IMG/VR virus record: IMGVR_UViG_3300040802_000094
Coordinates: 1-64,000 of that record
Direction: 5' to 3' (one strand)
Length of the DNA: 64,000 nucleotides
From: a virus
A program made the translations under genes and the position numbers. The notes beneath the pieces are model-generated. The model saw only the letters and a program-made list of their open reading frames with translations. It ran no database searches and had not been told where the DNA came from. Positions 19,840 to 28,647 of the stretch are shown in pieces. Each line of letters opens with the position of its first letter. Within the stretch, counting starts at the first letter, position 1.

Positions 19840-21843
19840 ATGAAATACAGCCGCCATTTTTTCTATAACCTGCCCGCCTACGCCCAGCTCATGGACGATC
19901 GCGGTATCTTGGAGCATTTCCTTTCGGGATTGCAGGACAACCTGGACGAAATCCGCAGCCGCCAAGAGTTTCTGCGAATTATTGTTTATTCCGTGGACTA
20001 TTGTCCCGACGAATGGCTGCCGTGGCTCGGGCAGTGGGTCGGCCTTTCCGGAGAACGCGATCGTTTTCTCGGTATGGGCTTGAATCCGGATTGGCCGACC
20101 GCTCACAAGCGGGAGGTCATCCGCAGAGCTTGGGAGTTCTGGAATCGGAAAGGAACCGAATGGGCGATCAGAGAGGGGACGGCGCTGTGGCTGAGGTGGG
20201 AAGAGTCCCACGATCGCGATCGCCTGGAATTCGTCCATCCATTTGGCAAGCAGATCGGCGATCGCCCTCCCCTTTGGCAAGGCTGGGGCGATCTTTGGAG
20301 TGCTGGGGCGACTCGCCTGACGACCGAGCGCCGGAGACTGGGAGGGGGCGATCGCCAGCCGAACGACGTTTTGGAGAAATTTGATTATTTCGTTCCGAGA
20401 TCTCCTCATGGAAATCGCTTCAACAGGCGGTGGCCGACGCGGAATTTGTATCGAATCGATCGCCCCACTTACCGGGAAGGGTCTCGCCTCGGTCCCCACA
20501 GCGTCTGGGAGCGTTTTACCCGGCTGACTGAAAACGAGTGGCATCGATTCTTCCCCGACGTCGTCAAGCTCAACTACGAATTATGGGCGACGGAGGTACG
20601 ATCGCTCCCGATAGGGGAAATGGAGATAGGAACGCTCTCCGTTTCCATATTTCCTGAGAAACCGAAAGTCGTCGTCCGGTCGCACTTCCGCAAAACGTCC
20701 GTGGACGGGATTCAATTTGGGGACAAATTTCCCCGTCGCAAAAGCGGCTTCACCCGGACTTCTCCTGTCGAGACAGGGGGGTGGGCGACGCGGCGGTTCC
20801 TCCGTTTCGGCGATCGCCTGGGAGCTTTTCCCTACGATAGGACTTCGCTGAAGGACGCGATCGTTCTCAACTTTTTCCCAAAGAAAAAGAGTTCGAGTAT
20901 TTACGGAAATCCTTACGGATCGTGCCGAATGCTCGAACTCAAAACAAACCCTTCTCAACTCCCGCACAACCATTTTTGGCTGCTGTCTACCTCTCTGAGA
21001 CCCGGGTTTCCCTGGCCGTCCAGGTTTTTGCCCGGCTCTGTTGAAATTTTTCGGCGAGCTGAAACTGCCTTTTATCCTACAACTTCTCCTGCCGTTTTGT
21101 CTCGCGGCCTCGTCCCGACTACGGAGTTTTATTCCAATACTTCGTGGGGAATGTATGCGGGGCGAGGGAAAGTGCAAGGAGAATCCACCGTCTTCGTGCC
21201 GACATGCGATCGCCCTGGACTGGCAAAAGCCTTTGAAACGTCCCACTGCACTCCGTCGCGGCGATCGTTCGAGGCGGACGTTAAAAACAACCCCTCTCGA
21301 TTCGAGAAAGGTCGGTGGGGAAACCTCTGGTATCGCGAGCGGTTTTTTGTTAGAGGGGTATGGGGAGAAATACCCGGAAATTGTTGGACGGAGAGATCGC
21401 GGTATCCGACTTGCGGGATTTACAAACAATTTTCGCGACGACAAGTTCGCGGGTATTTCTACGAAACGATTGAAGAGAATTCGCCAAAAGAGCGATATCC
21501 TCAAATAAGAGAGATGGCAACGGTCTCTAACTGGGAAATCTTGCTTACTTTAGGTGGAGGACATGCGATCGCCTATCCTTCGGCATTCTTCGGGATTGAC
21601 GAATCTGGCAATCGCGTGTCCTTTTTCTCTCCCGCGATCTCGCGCGGTATCCTCGAATTTTCTATATCGGTCGGCCAGCAAGAGTGGTGTTCGGGGATCT
21701 CGTTGCTTTATAAAAAAGGAAAAATCCGACTTCACAAAGGGTTCGACCGCCCGATCTGTCTCGCTCCAAAAACGATGGGAGTATTTAGGGCAACGATTGA
21801 AATCGATTATATGGAGATCGAATATGATTCTTTTGGAGGCTAA
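19840..21843 (+). CDS. Baseplate/tail protein I-like (P2 gpI N-terminal domain) with long Trp/Arg-rich extension
   Basis: YCPDEWLPWLGQWVG...KREVIRRAWEFWNRKGTEWAI. Confidence 0.8.
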   Translation: MKYSRHFFYNLPAYAQLMDDRGILEHFLSGLQDNLDEIRSRQEFLRIIVYSVDYCPDEWLPWLGQWVGLSGERDRFLGMGLNPDWPTAHKREVIRRAWEFWNRKGTEWAIREGTALWLRWEESHDRDRLEFVHPFGKQIGDRPPLWQGWGDLWSAGATRLTTERRRLGGGDRQPNDVLEKFDYFVPRSPHGNRFNRRWPTRNLYRIDRPTYREGSRLGPHSVWERFTRLTENEWHRFFPDVVKLNYELWATEVRSLPIGEMEIGTLSVSIFPEKPKVVVRSHFRKTSVDGIQFGDKFPRRKSGFTRTSPVETGGWATRRFLRFGDRLGAFPYDRTSLKDAIVLNFFPKKKSSSIYGNPYGSCRMLELKTNPSQLPHNHFWLLSTSLRPGFPWPSRFLPGSVEIFRRAETAFYPTTSPAVLSRGLVPTTEFYSNTSWGMYAGRGKVQGESTVFVPTCDRPGLAKAFETSHCTPSRRSFEADVKNNPSRFEKGRWGNLWYRERFFVRGVWGEIPGNCWTERSRYPTCGIYKQFSRRQVRGYFYETIEENSPKERYPQIREMATVSNWEILLTLGGGHAIAYPSAFFGIDESGNRVSFFSPAISRGILEFSISVGQQEWCSGISLLYKKGKIRLHKGFDRPICLAPKTMGVFRATIEIDYMEIEYDSFGG

Positions 21844-22798
21844 ATGCCTTGCTTGCGAAACAGATTTGACGCGATTGATCGTTCTCGCGCTCGCAGCAGA
21901 GCCGGAGGCGACAAAACCCGGATCTGGAACCGTCGAAAAGTATGCTGCCGACTGGCTCGAAGGTGGGAAGACAATCTACCGCGACGCCTCCGGTCGTTTC
22001 GCTTCGGGGGTGAAGCGAGAAATCGCGAAGCAAGCGATCGAGGATACGGGAAGGAAGGTCGCCCGAACGGCGCAGGACTTAGGGGAGTCCGCCGGAATCG
22101 CGATCGTCTCCATTCCGATCCTTGCGGAAATCGGCTTGGACGCCGTACGAAATTTGGCGACGAACCCGGATTTTCGTCGGCGTGCCGGACTGATGGCCAC
22201 TCAGGCGATGGGGAGCGCGATCGCCGCTTTCGCGAAAAAGCTGTCGGAGGACTCCAAGGTTGCCAAGATTGCGGGAGAATACGCGGCCAGGGCGCAAAAA
22301 GAACTAGAAAAAGAATACGGAGCCTACAACAATCCAGTCACCCAAGCGGTGTGGGAAGCGCGATCGCTTGTGGACTCTACCGTACTGAGTCGCCCCGAAG
22401 CTAGGCTGAGGGGAGTCAAAAAGCAGCTTACCCTCGGAATTTGTCAGTACGTGGCTCTAGAGCAGGCGCTCAAAAAGCCGAGAAAAATTTCCAAGGATAT
22501 ATTGGACGTTTCCAAGGCATCTCTTTACGGAATCGTCATTCCTGCCGTCCTGCTCGGCAGCCCGATCGCCGGAGTGGGAGTCGGAACTGCATTGCTCCTC
22601 CTGTCCGTACCGGGAATCGAGTTGGCGAAGTCCAATTTGCTCGCCTATTTTCGCGAGAAGCAGAAACAGGAGAAGGCGCTAAGGGAGGCGATCGCCTCCG
22701 GGACGAAGACGGTAGAAGACGGTTTCAAGTTATCGATGGAAATTGCTAAAAAATTCATTGACGAGACGCTAAAAGCTATCCAGTCAAAAGGTTCGTAA
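21824..22798 (+). CDS. Leader/RDASGRF-motif membrane protein (putative head-packaged effector)
   Basis: ATG 21824 after GGAG; YAADWLEGGKTIYRDASGRFAS; C-terminal hydrophobic hairpin. Confidence 0.8.
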   Translation: MILLEAKCLACETDLTRLIVLALAAEPEATKPGSGTVEKYAADWLEGGKTIYRDASGRFASGVKREIAKQAIEDTGRKVARTAQDLGESAGIAIVSIPILAEIGLDAVRNLATNPDFRRRAGLMATQAMGSAIAAFAKKLSEDSKVAKIAGEYAARAQKELEKEYGAYNNPVTQAVWEARSLVDSTVLSRPEARLRGVKKQLTLGICQYVALEQALKKPRKISKDILDVSKASLYGIVIPAVLLGSPIAGVGVGTALLLLSVPGIELAKSNLLAYFREKQKQEKALREAIASGTKTVEDGFKLSMEIAKKFIDETLKAIQSKGS

Positions 22799-22813
22799 CC
22801 GGGAGGGTTGACA

Positions 22814-23704
22814 ATGTCTTTCAAAACCAGAATTTCTCCATATTCTTGCACGATCGCGCTTTCGCTATCTCAACTGAGTACGTCGATAGACCTTCGGTCG
22901 GCAGGGACGAAGGAATACGAGGCCGATTGGTTAAAAAGTGGCGTCAAGGTACTGCGGGACGCTTCCGGTAAATTTGCCTCCAAGGCGGGAGATGCCACTC
23001 AGGCGGTAGGGAGTGCGTTCGCGGCAGTTCCCCTGGGGCTGGTGATTTCCGAAAAAATCGTACTCGACCTCGCGACCGACCCCAAGGTAAGGAAGCGTTT
23101 GGGGTTGATGGCGGGACAAAGTACGGCCAAGGCAATATCGAAAGCTGTCGAAAAGATAGACAAAGACTCTGCTTTCGCAAAGCGGATGGGGGAATATGCC
23201 ACATCCTTGCAAACTATGCTTGAAAAAGAATACGGGGAACAGAAGAGTCCTCTACTACAGTCGCTACACGAGGCCGCACTCATCACTGGCGGCGATCGCT
23301 CAAAAAAGACGAAGCTAAAAGATAAGATAGAGTTCGCCGTTTGCCAGTACGCGGCCTTCCACGAAGCGTTGAAAGATCCGAGGAATTTAAAAGAAGAGGA
23401 CATCAATCCAAAGTTCCGCAAGGAGGTAATGAACTTCGGAACCCGCACTTATGTTGAGGGAGTAGCGGTCAGCATCCTATTTGGCAATCCCCTCTTCTTG
23501 ATAACGGGACTTCCGGCATTGCACATCATGTTTCCCGAGATAAAATCCAAGGTTAAAAAAGCTCGCCTCGATCGCTACGCAAAAGGAGCAGGCGAGGCCG
23601 AAGGGCTGTCGAAACAAACCCAGGCGATCGCCGAAGACCAGCGCAAGGCAATTGAAAAATTGCTCGACGAGAGGAAAAAGGAAGCGTCGGCAACCCGCGA
23701 TTGA
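22814..23704 (+). CDS. Leader/RDASGKF-motif membrane protein
   Basis: KEYEADWLKSGVKVLRDASGKFASK; CQYAAFHEALKDP matches paralogs. Confidence 0.8.
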   Translation: MSFKTRISPYSCTIALSLSQLSTSIDLRSAGTKEYEADWLKSGVKVLRDASGKFASKAGDATQAVGSAFAAVPLGLVISEKIVLDLATDPKVRKRLGLMAGQSTAKAISKAVEKIDKDSAFAKRMGEYATSLQTMLEKEYGEQKSPLLQSLHEAALITGGDRSKKTKLKDKIEFAVCQYAAFHEALKDPRNLKEEDINPKFRKEVMNFGTRTYVEGVAVSILFGNPLFLITGLPALHIMFPEIKSKVKKARLDRYAKGAGEAEGLSKQTQAIAEDQRKAIEKLLDERKKEASATRD

Positions 23705-23748
23705 CGACAAGACGGATTTCAAGTAGGGTATCCATAAAGGAGATTTTG

Positions 23749-24789
23749 ATGAATACAGTTTTTGCCATAAAAGCCGTTTCCCTCCGTCACGATTTAAGAC
23801 GTCTGCAACTGTGCTGCGCTTCCAGCAGGATCGAGGCGGCGGAACTCAAGGAGTACGACGCAGACTGGCTCGATGGAAAGAAGGTAATGCGGGATAGCTC
23901 GGGACGGTTTGCTTCCAAAGTGGCCGACACCGCCAGCCAAGTCTCTAAGGCGGCAGGAGCGATCGCGGAAGGCGTCCGATCTCTCGCGGAAGATGTCGGT
24001 TACCTGTCTCAATATGCGGGTCCCCTCGCTACCGCCACGGCGCGAGGGGTAATGAACGCCGTTTCCGACCCTAGATTCTTGAAAAATCTGGCTCTGGAGG
24101 TCGGCAGCCGTGCGGGAGATTTGTATTTGGCGATCGGCGAAATGATTGGAGCGATAGACAACCCTGTCGCTCAAGCTGCCGCGATTCCTCCGTTCGTCGC
24201 CGGAACCTCGCTAAAGATGGCCTTCGGAGCTGGCTTGATGTCCGACTACGGCTCGGCTGGCAGCGCAACGCGGCAGGCGGACAAAGATGTTGCGGAATAC
24301 ATGAAGTCGAACAACAAGCCGGAAGATAAAAAGAAGAAAGTTAGAAATTTTCTAGAGAAGCAGATCCTGGGATTTATCGCTTTTGAAAAAGCACTGGAAC
24401 ACCCCAAGAATGTAGAAAAAGCGAAGGAAAACAAAGAAGAAAATAAGAAGGCGAAGTTGCTCGGACATGCGGCCTTCGGTGGCTTTTGTGGCGGGATGCT
24501 CGCGTTAACCGCGATTAAGAACGGACTGATGAGCGCCGCTCCCGCCACGTCGATCCCCGCAATCTTGATTCCGGCGATCGGCGCTTCGCTCTTCAAAGGA
24601 CTCGATAAGGATACCAGTGCGAACCTGAAAGAGTTCCTTCAAAAATGGCAGAAGGAAGAAAAGGCTGCTAGGGAAGACGGCGTTTCGGAAGAAAAGATCC
24701 AGAAGCAATCCCTCGACTTCATGAAAAAGTTTTTCGCCCTCGGGAAAGGCGCGGTGGACAAGACGGTGGATGCCGCGATCGGCGCATAA
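23749..24789 (+). CDS. Leader/RDSSGRF-motif membrane protein
   Basis: RBS AAGGAG; RIEAA-ELKEYDADWLDGKKVMRDSSGRFASK; glycine-rich hydrophobic segments. Confidence 0.8.
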   Translation: MNTVFAIKAVSLRHDLRRLQLCCASSRIEAAELKEYDADWLDGKKVMRDSSGRFASKVADTASQVSKAAGAIAEGVRSLAEDVGYLSQYAGPLATATARGVMNAVSDPRFLKNLALEVGSRAGDLYLAIGEMIGAIDNPVAQAAAIPPFVAGTSLKMAFGAGLMSDYGSAGSATRQADKDVAEYMKSNNKPEDKKKKVRNFLEKQILGFIAFEKALEHPKNVEKAKENKEENKKAKLLGHAAFGGFCGGMLALTAIKNGLMSAAPATSIPAILIPAIGASLFKGLDKDTSANLKEFLQKWQKEEKAAREDGVSEEKIQKQSLDFMKKFFALGKGAVDKTVDAAIGA

Positions 24790-24822
24790 AAAAACCACCC
24801 AAAGTCGGGTGGCCGTGGCTTT

Positions 24823-25245
24823 TCAGCATTGAATTCTTCTGGCGATCGCCAGACATTCCGGGGTGGGTTTTCCGTCGCCGGGAATTTGCAGTAAATGGAC
24901 GGGAACCTCGGTCTCCAAAATGCGGCGACGGATCTTGGGCTTGAGGTCTTCCCACCTTTGCTTGTCGCTGAGGGGGAAGTCAAATTCAAGTCCCGTCAGT
25001 GCGAACTGGTTCGAGACGAATTCCTCGATCGCCCCCCAGCGCTTCCTTCCGTCGAATATTTCCAACAAGTTGTCCGAAGAATACAGCCAAAATTGACCGA
25101 TAGGGACTCGAATGGCGATCGATTCGATAAATCGGCTTTTCGCCTCCCGGCTCCACCCCTCGCTTCCGGGGTTTCGAGCCGTTCTCAAAAGTTCGGCGAT
25201 CGATATAAACCGACTTTCAATTCTAAGGGTAGTGGGATCCATCAA
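24823..25245 (-). CDS. DUF262 (GmrS/ParB-like) single-domain protein
   Basis: WSREAKSRFIESIAIRVPIGQFWL...EIFDGRKRWGAIEEF. Confidence 0.8.
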   Translation of the reverse strand: MMDPTTLRIESRFISIAELLRTARNPGSEGWSREAKSRFIESIAIRVPIGQFWLYSSDNLLEIFDGRKRWGAIEEFVSNQFALTGLEFDFPLSDKQRWEDLKPKIRRRILETEVPVHLLQIPGDGKPTPECLAIARRIQC

Positions 25246-25403
25246 AATCTCCTTTGTGGATACCCCGCCTGAAATCTGCGATCCAGGCGGGGGTTATTGA
25301 CATACTCTTTGATTCAGTCAACTCCATATCTGAAGTGCGAAACAGGTTATGGAAATAATATATGGCGTAGTGTAATATTCGCAGTAAAATCAATTCATAG
25401 CAA

Positions 25404-25826
25404 ATGAAGGTAATTCATGCATCGCATCTTGGGGGCATAAAATCAGCCCCCGATGTTTTGTATATGCCCGAGTGTCCGGAAGGACCTATTGTTTCCTATT
25501 GGAGGTACAAGGCCCTTCGAGGTGAAAAGGGCAATCTCAAAGACATGATCGAGAACCGTAAGGGGAGGGTCGTGTTCTTTACCCTGCCGGGGTGGGTCCC
25601 GTGGCCTTACGGCGACATTTACACGCTGGATCTTCCCGACGAACAAGAGTGTTTCGCCGGGATTGCGTGTTTGAAGCACGTTCGGACGACGTTAAAACGT
25701 GCCGAAGAAGCTATTTTTACTGCCAACCATCTCCATCCCCTTTTGTGGGACAACCTTCATCACTTGGAGATTGTCATTCCCTGCGAGTGGTTCGACAGCA
25801 AGGGAATAATATTCCCGAAGGAGTAG
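25404..25826 (+). CDS. Hypothetical protein
   Basis: 140-aa ORF after an AT-rich region, followed by a hairpin. Confidence 0.65.
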   Translation: MKVIHASHLGGIKSAPDVLYMPECPEGPIVSYWRYKALRGEKGNLKDMIENRKGRVVFFTLPGWVPWPYGDIYTLDLPDEQECFAGIACLKHVRTTLKRAEEAIFTANHLHPLLWDNLHHLEIVIPCEWFDSKGIIFPKE

Positions 25827-25852
25827 CGGCCATTAAGCTTAGGTCGGGTACT

Positions 25853-25892
25853 GACAAAAGCCCCCATATCAATCGATATGGGGGCTTTTGTC
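25853..25892. terminator. Bidirectional intrinsic terminator (18-bp arms)
   Basis: gacaaaagcccccatatc-aatc-gatatgggggcttttgtc. Confidence 0.8.
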
Positions 25893-26002
25893 TTTAGGGG
25901 GGCGGTTCAAATTGAAGCGATCTTCCTTGTAAGTTGGATGGGTGCGGGACGATCGCGATCGCGCCGGAAAAGGAAGCCCCTGTGGTACGATTGGAGTCAA
26001 TA

Positions 26003-28574
26003 GTGCGATTCGTTCGGGAATCAAATAGGGCTGAAATGCCCGAAATAACCTCCCGGTAGGGCTTTCATCCCCTTGGATGAATATAAGGGACACACCCCCT
26101 GACCAGCCTTATAACTATCCATAGGTTCCAAAGTTTGGTATCACAAGATACCAAATGAGGTCGGAACTCTCAAGGTCAAAGGGAAAGTTGGAGAATCTTA
26201 ACAATTCTTAACAATCCCCGAGAGAGGAGGCGATAGCCACCCCCAGTTTTGGGACTCACAACCCCAGGATTGAAGCGGGGAACGGAAGGCATGAGGTGGA
26301 ACCTGCCACCAATAACTGACCACTGCCAACCATCTATGATTAACCGAAAGGTGAACGTCTGACATGAACCCTCGATACAATCGGGTATCCAAACCAGGTT
26401 GAAAGGATGCTGCTCGAATGAGCAAGTGGAAAGATGGGATGCTTGTTGCCATACCCATACAGACCTTCAAAGTACACCGGGGGAGAGGACGAATCTAAGG
26501 ATGGAATACCCCTATGGATGGAACGAAGTAACCCCATAATGGCTCTTGTTAAATGGTCGATTAAGCAAGTAGTGACGGCAATAGCCAAAAGTGTAAGCGT
26601 ATGCCATATGGGGGTGAGATGTGACCAGAAGCCAATGCCTGAATGTAATGTCCAGGATACGCTGACAGGTCACGGTTCAGTTGTAAGATATGAGGCTCCA
26701 GTAGCAATTTAATGACGAAATCTAGAACATCAAAAGGCTTTGGAAAACCAAAACCCAATGACACTAAGAATGTATGGAAAACTGTCAACTGGGCGAAAGT
26801 CCAACGACAAGTTTTCAAGTTGCAAAAGCGCATCTATCAAGCGGCTCAATCGGGGACTGTTGCAAAAGCTAGAAGGTTGCAAAAACTCCTTTTAAAGTCA
26901 TACTATGCAAGGCTCCTTGCGGTTAGGCGCGTAACCCAAGATAACCAAGGTAAGAAAACAGCCGGAGTAGACGGGGTAAAATCAATATCCCTGAAACAAA
27001 GGTTAGAACTAGCTGAGGAAATCAAAGGAAACTTCAAAGCCAAACCCCTTCGGAGAGTATGGATACCAAAACCTGGGCGGGAGGAAAAACGCCCCCTTGG
27101 TATCCCCACAATCCGAGATAGAGCCAAGCAAGCCTTGGTCAAGATGGCATTGGAACCCTTTTGGGAACCATTATTTGAGGGAACAAGCTATGGGTTCCGA
27201 CCCGGACGCTCAACTCACGATGCCATAGCAAGAATCTTCTTAAGCATCAACAATGGGAATTATTACGTTCTCGATGCTGACATTGCTAAGTGCTTCGACC
27301 AAATTGACCATGACTACCTACTATCCAAACTTCGTTGTCCAACGACCATCAGGCATAATATCAAACAATGGTTAAAAGCCGGGGTCATGGATAATGGTGT
27401 ATTTGACGATACGAAAACAGGGACACCCCAAGGAGGGGTAATTAGTCCACTCCTCGCCAACATTGCACTGGATGGAATGGTGAGGTACATCAATCAAATC
27501 TTCCCTAACAAAAAGGGGCAGAAGATTAAAGCAACTGTCGTCAGATATGCTGATGATTTCGTGGTCATCTCACCGGAACGCGAAATCATTGAACAGTGCC
27601 AGATTGCCCTATCCGAATGGTTAAAGCCCATCGGACTCCAACTCAAACCAGAAAAGACAAGAATTTGTCACACCCTTCAAGAAATTGAAGTAAACGGCGA
27701 AATAGTCCCACCTGGTTTCGACTTTTTGGGGTTCAATATTAGGCAATTCCCAGCCGGAAAACACGTATCCGGAAAGAGCGGTGGCGCAGCCAGTAAATCA
27801 CTAGGATTCGTCACCCACATGAAACCGAGTAAAAAGGCAATCAAAGCCCACACCGAAAAGGTTAAAGAGGTGATAAAGAAACACAGAACATCACCTCAAG
27901 CCGCCCTGATAAGAGACTTAAACCCTGTCATCAGAGGATGGTCGAATTATTACTCAGGGGTAGTCTCAAAAGAGATTTTCGGAAAACTGGATAATACCAT
28001 CTGGTTACAACTTAGGGCATGGGTAGTATCGAGATGTGGAAAGGTAGGTTACGACCAATTCAGTAATTATTTCCGACCAGGAACAGTAAAAATTGGGAAC
28101 GGTCAGGAAAGACACGAAACATGGCTATTCCAGACAAAAGATGGACTAACACTCCACAAACATAACTGGACACAAATAATCAGACACAAGCTGGTCAAAC
28201 CTGAAGCATCACCGTATGACGGAAATTGGACGTACTGGGCAACTAGAAGGGGAACCGCTATTGGAACCCCGCAGCGAGTAGCAAAACTGCTGAAAAAGCA
28301 GAAAGGAAAGTGCAACCATTGTGGTCAGTATTTTACAAGTACAGACTTATTGGAAATCGACCACATCACTCCTCAAAGCCTCGGCGGAAAGGATGATTAC
28401 AAGAATCTCCAATTGTTGCACCGTCACTGTCACGACCAAAAGACTGCCCTAGATGGTAGTCAAAGCCGTACCCATAACAATGGGACAAATGGACTAGGAG
28501 CCGTGTGAGGTGAAAGTCTCATGCACGGTTTTGAATGGGAGGGGGAGATGGTAACATCTCTCTCGACCCCTAAT
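26003..28574 (+). mobile_element. Group II intron (IIB, chloroplast-like class typical of cyanobacteria)
   Basis: 5' GTGCGATTCGTT; domain V gagccgtgtgaggtgaaagtctcatgcacggttt; domain VI ending ctcgacccctaAT; candidate EBS1 TGTTGC (26444) pairs 5 of 6 with exon end TCAATA. Confidence 0.9.
26712..28508 (+). CDS. ltrA: Group II intron reverse transcriptase/maturase with HNH endonuclease
   Basis: GTPQGGVISPLLANI, RYADDFV, LNPVIRGWSNYY (X domain), CNHC...DHI...NLQLLHRHCH. Confidence 0.97.
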   Translation: MTKSRTSKGFGKPKPNDTKNVWKTVNWAKVQRQVFKLQKRIYQAAQSGTVAKARRLQKLLLKSYYARLLAVRRVTQDNQGKKTAGVDGVKSISLKQRLELAEEIKGNFKAKPLRRVWIPKPGREEKRPLGIPTIRDRAKQALVKMALEPFWEPLFEGTSYGFRPGRSTHDAIARIFLSINNGNYYVLDADIAKCFDQIDHDYLLSKLRCPTTIRHNIKQWLKAGVMDNGVFDDTKTGTPQGGVISPLLANIALDGMVRYINQIFPNKKGQKIKATVVRYADDFVVISPEREIIEQCQIALSEWLKPIGLQLKPEKTRICHTLQEIEVNGEIVPPGFDFLGFNIRQFPAGKHVSGKSGGAASKSLGFVTHMKPSKKAIKAHTEKVKEVIKKHRTSPQAALIRDLNPVIRGWSNYYSGVVSKEIFGKLDNTIWLQLRAWVVSRCGKVGYDQFSNYFRPGTVKIGNGQERHETWLFQTKDGLTLHKHNWTQIIRHKLVKPEASPYDGNWTYWATRRGTAIGTPQRVAKLLKKQKGKCNHCGQYFTSTDLLEIDHITPQSLGGKDDYKNLQLLHRHCHDQKTALDGSQSRTHNNGTNGLGAV

Positions 28575-28647
28575 CAATGACTCATTTTATTGCCCTACCC
28601 CGGCTCGTTATTTTGCGAGCCGGGGTTTTGTCTTTGGATTTAAACTT

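Noticed and set aside
21554-21823. N-terminal 90 aa of ORF 21554..22798
   Set aside because: Overlaps the gpI-like gene; ATG 21824 has an RBS and matches paralog leader lengths.
26003-28574. Reverse transcriptase as a DGR, retron or defence RT
   Set aside because: It has maturase X and HNH domains and a full intron RNA with domains V and VI; no template/variable repeat pair was seen.
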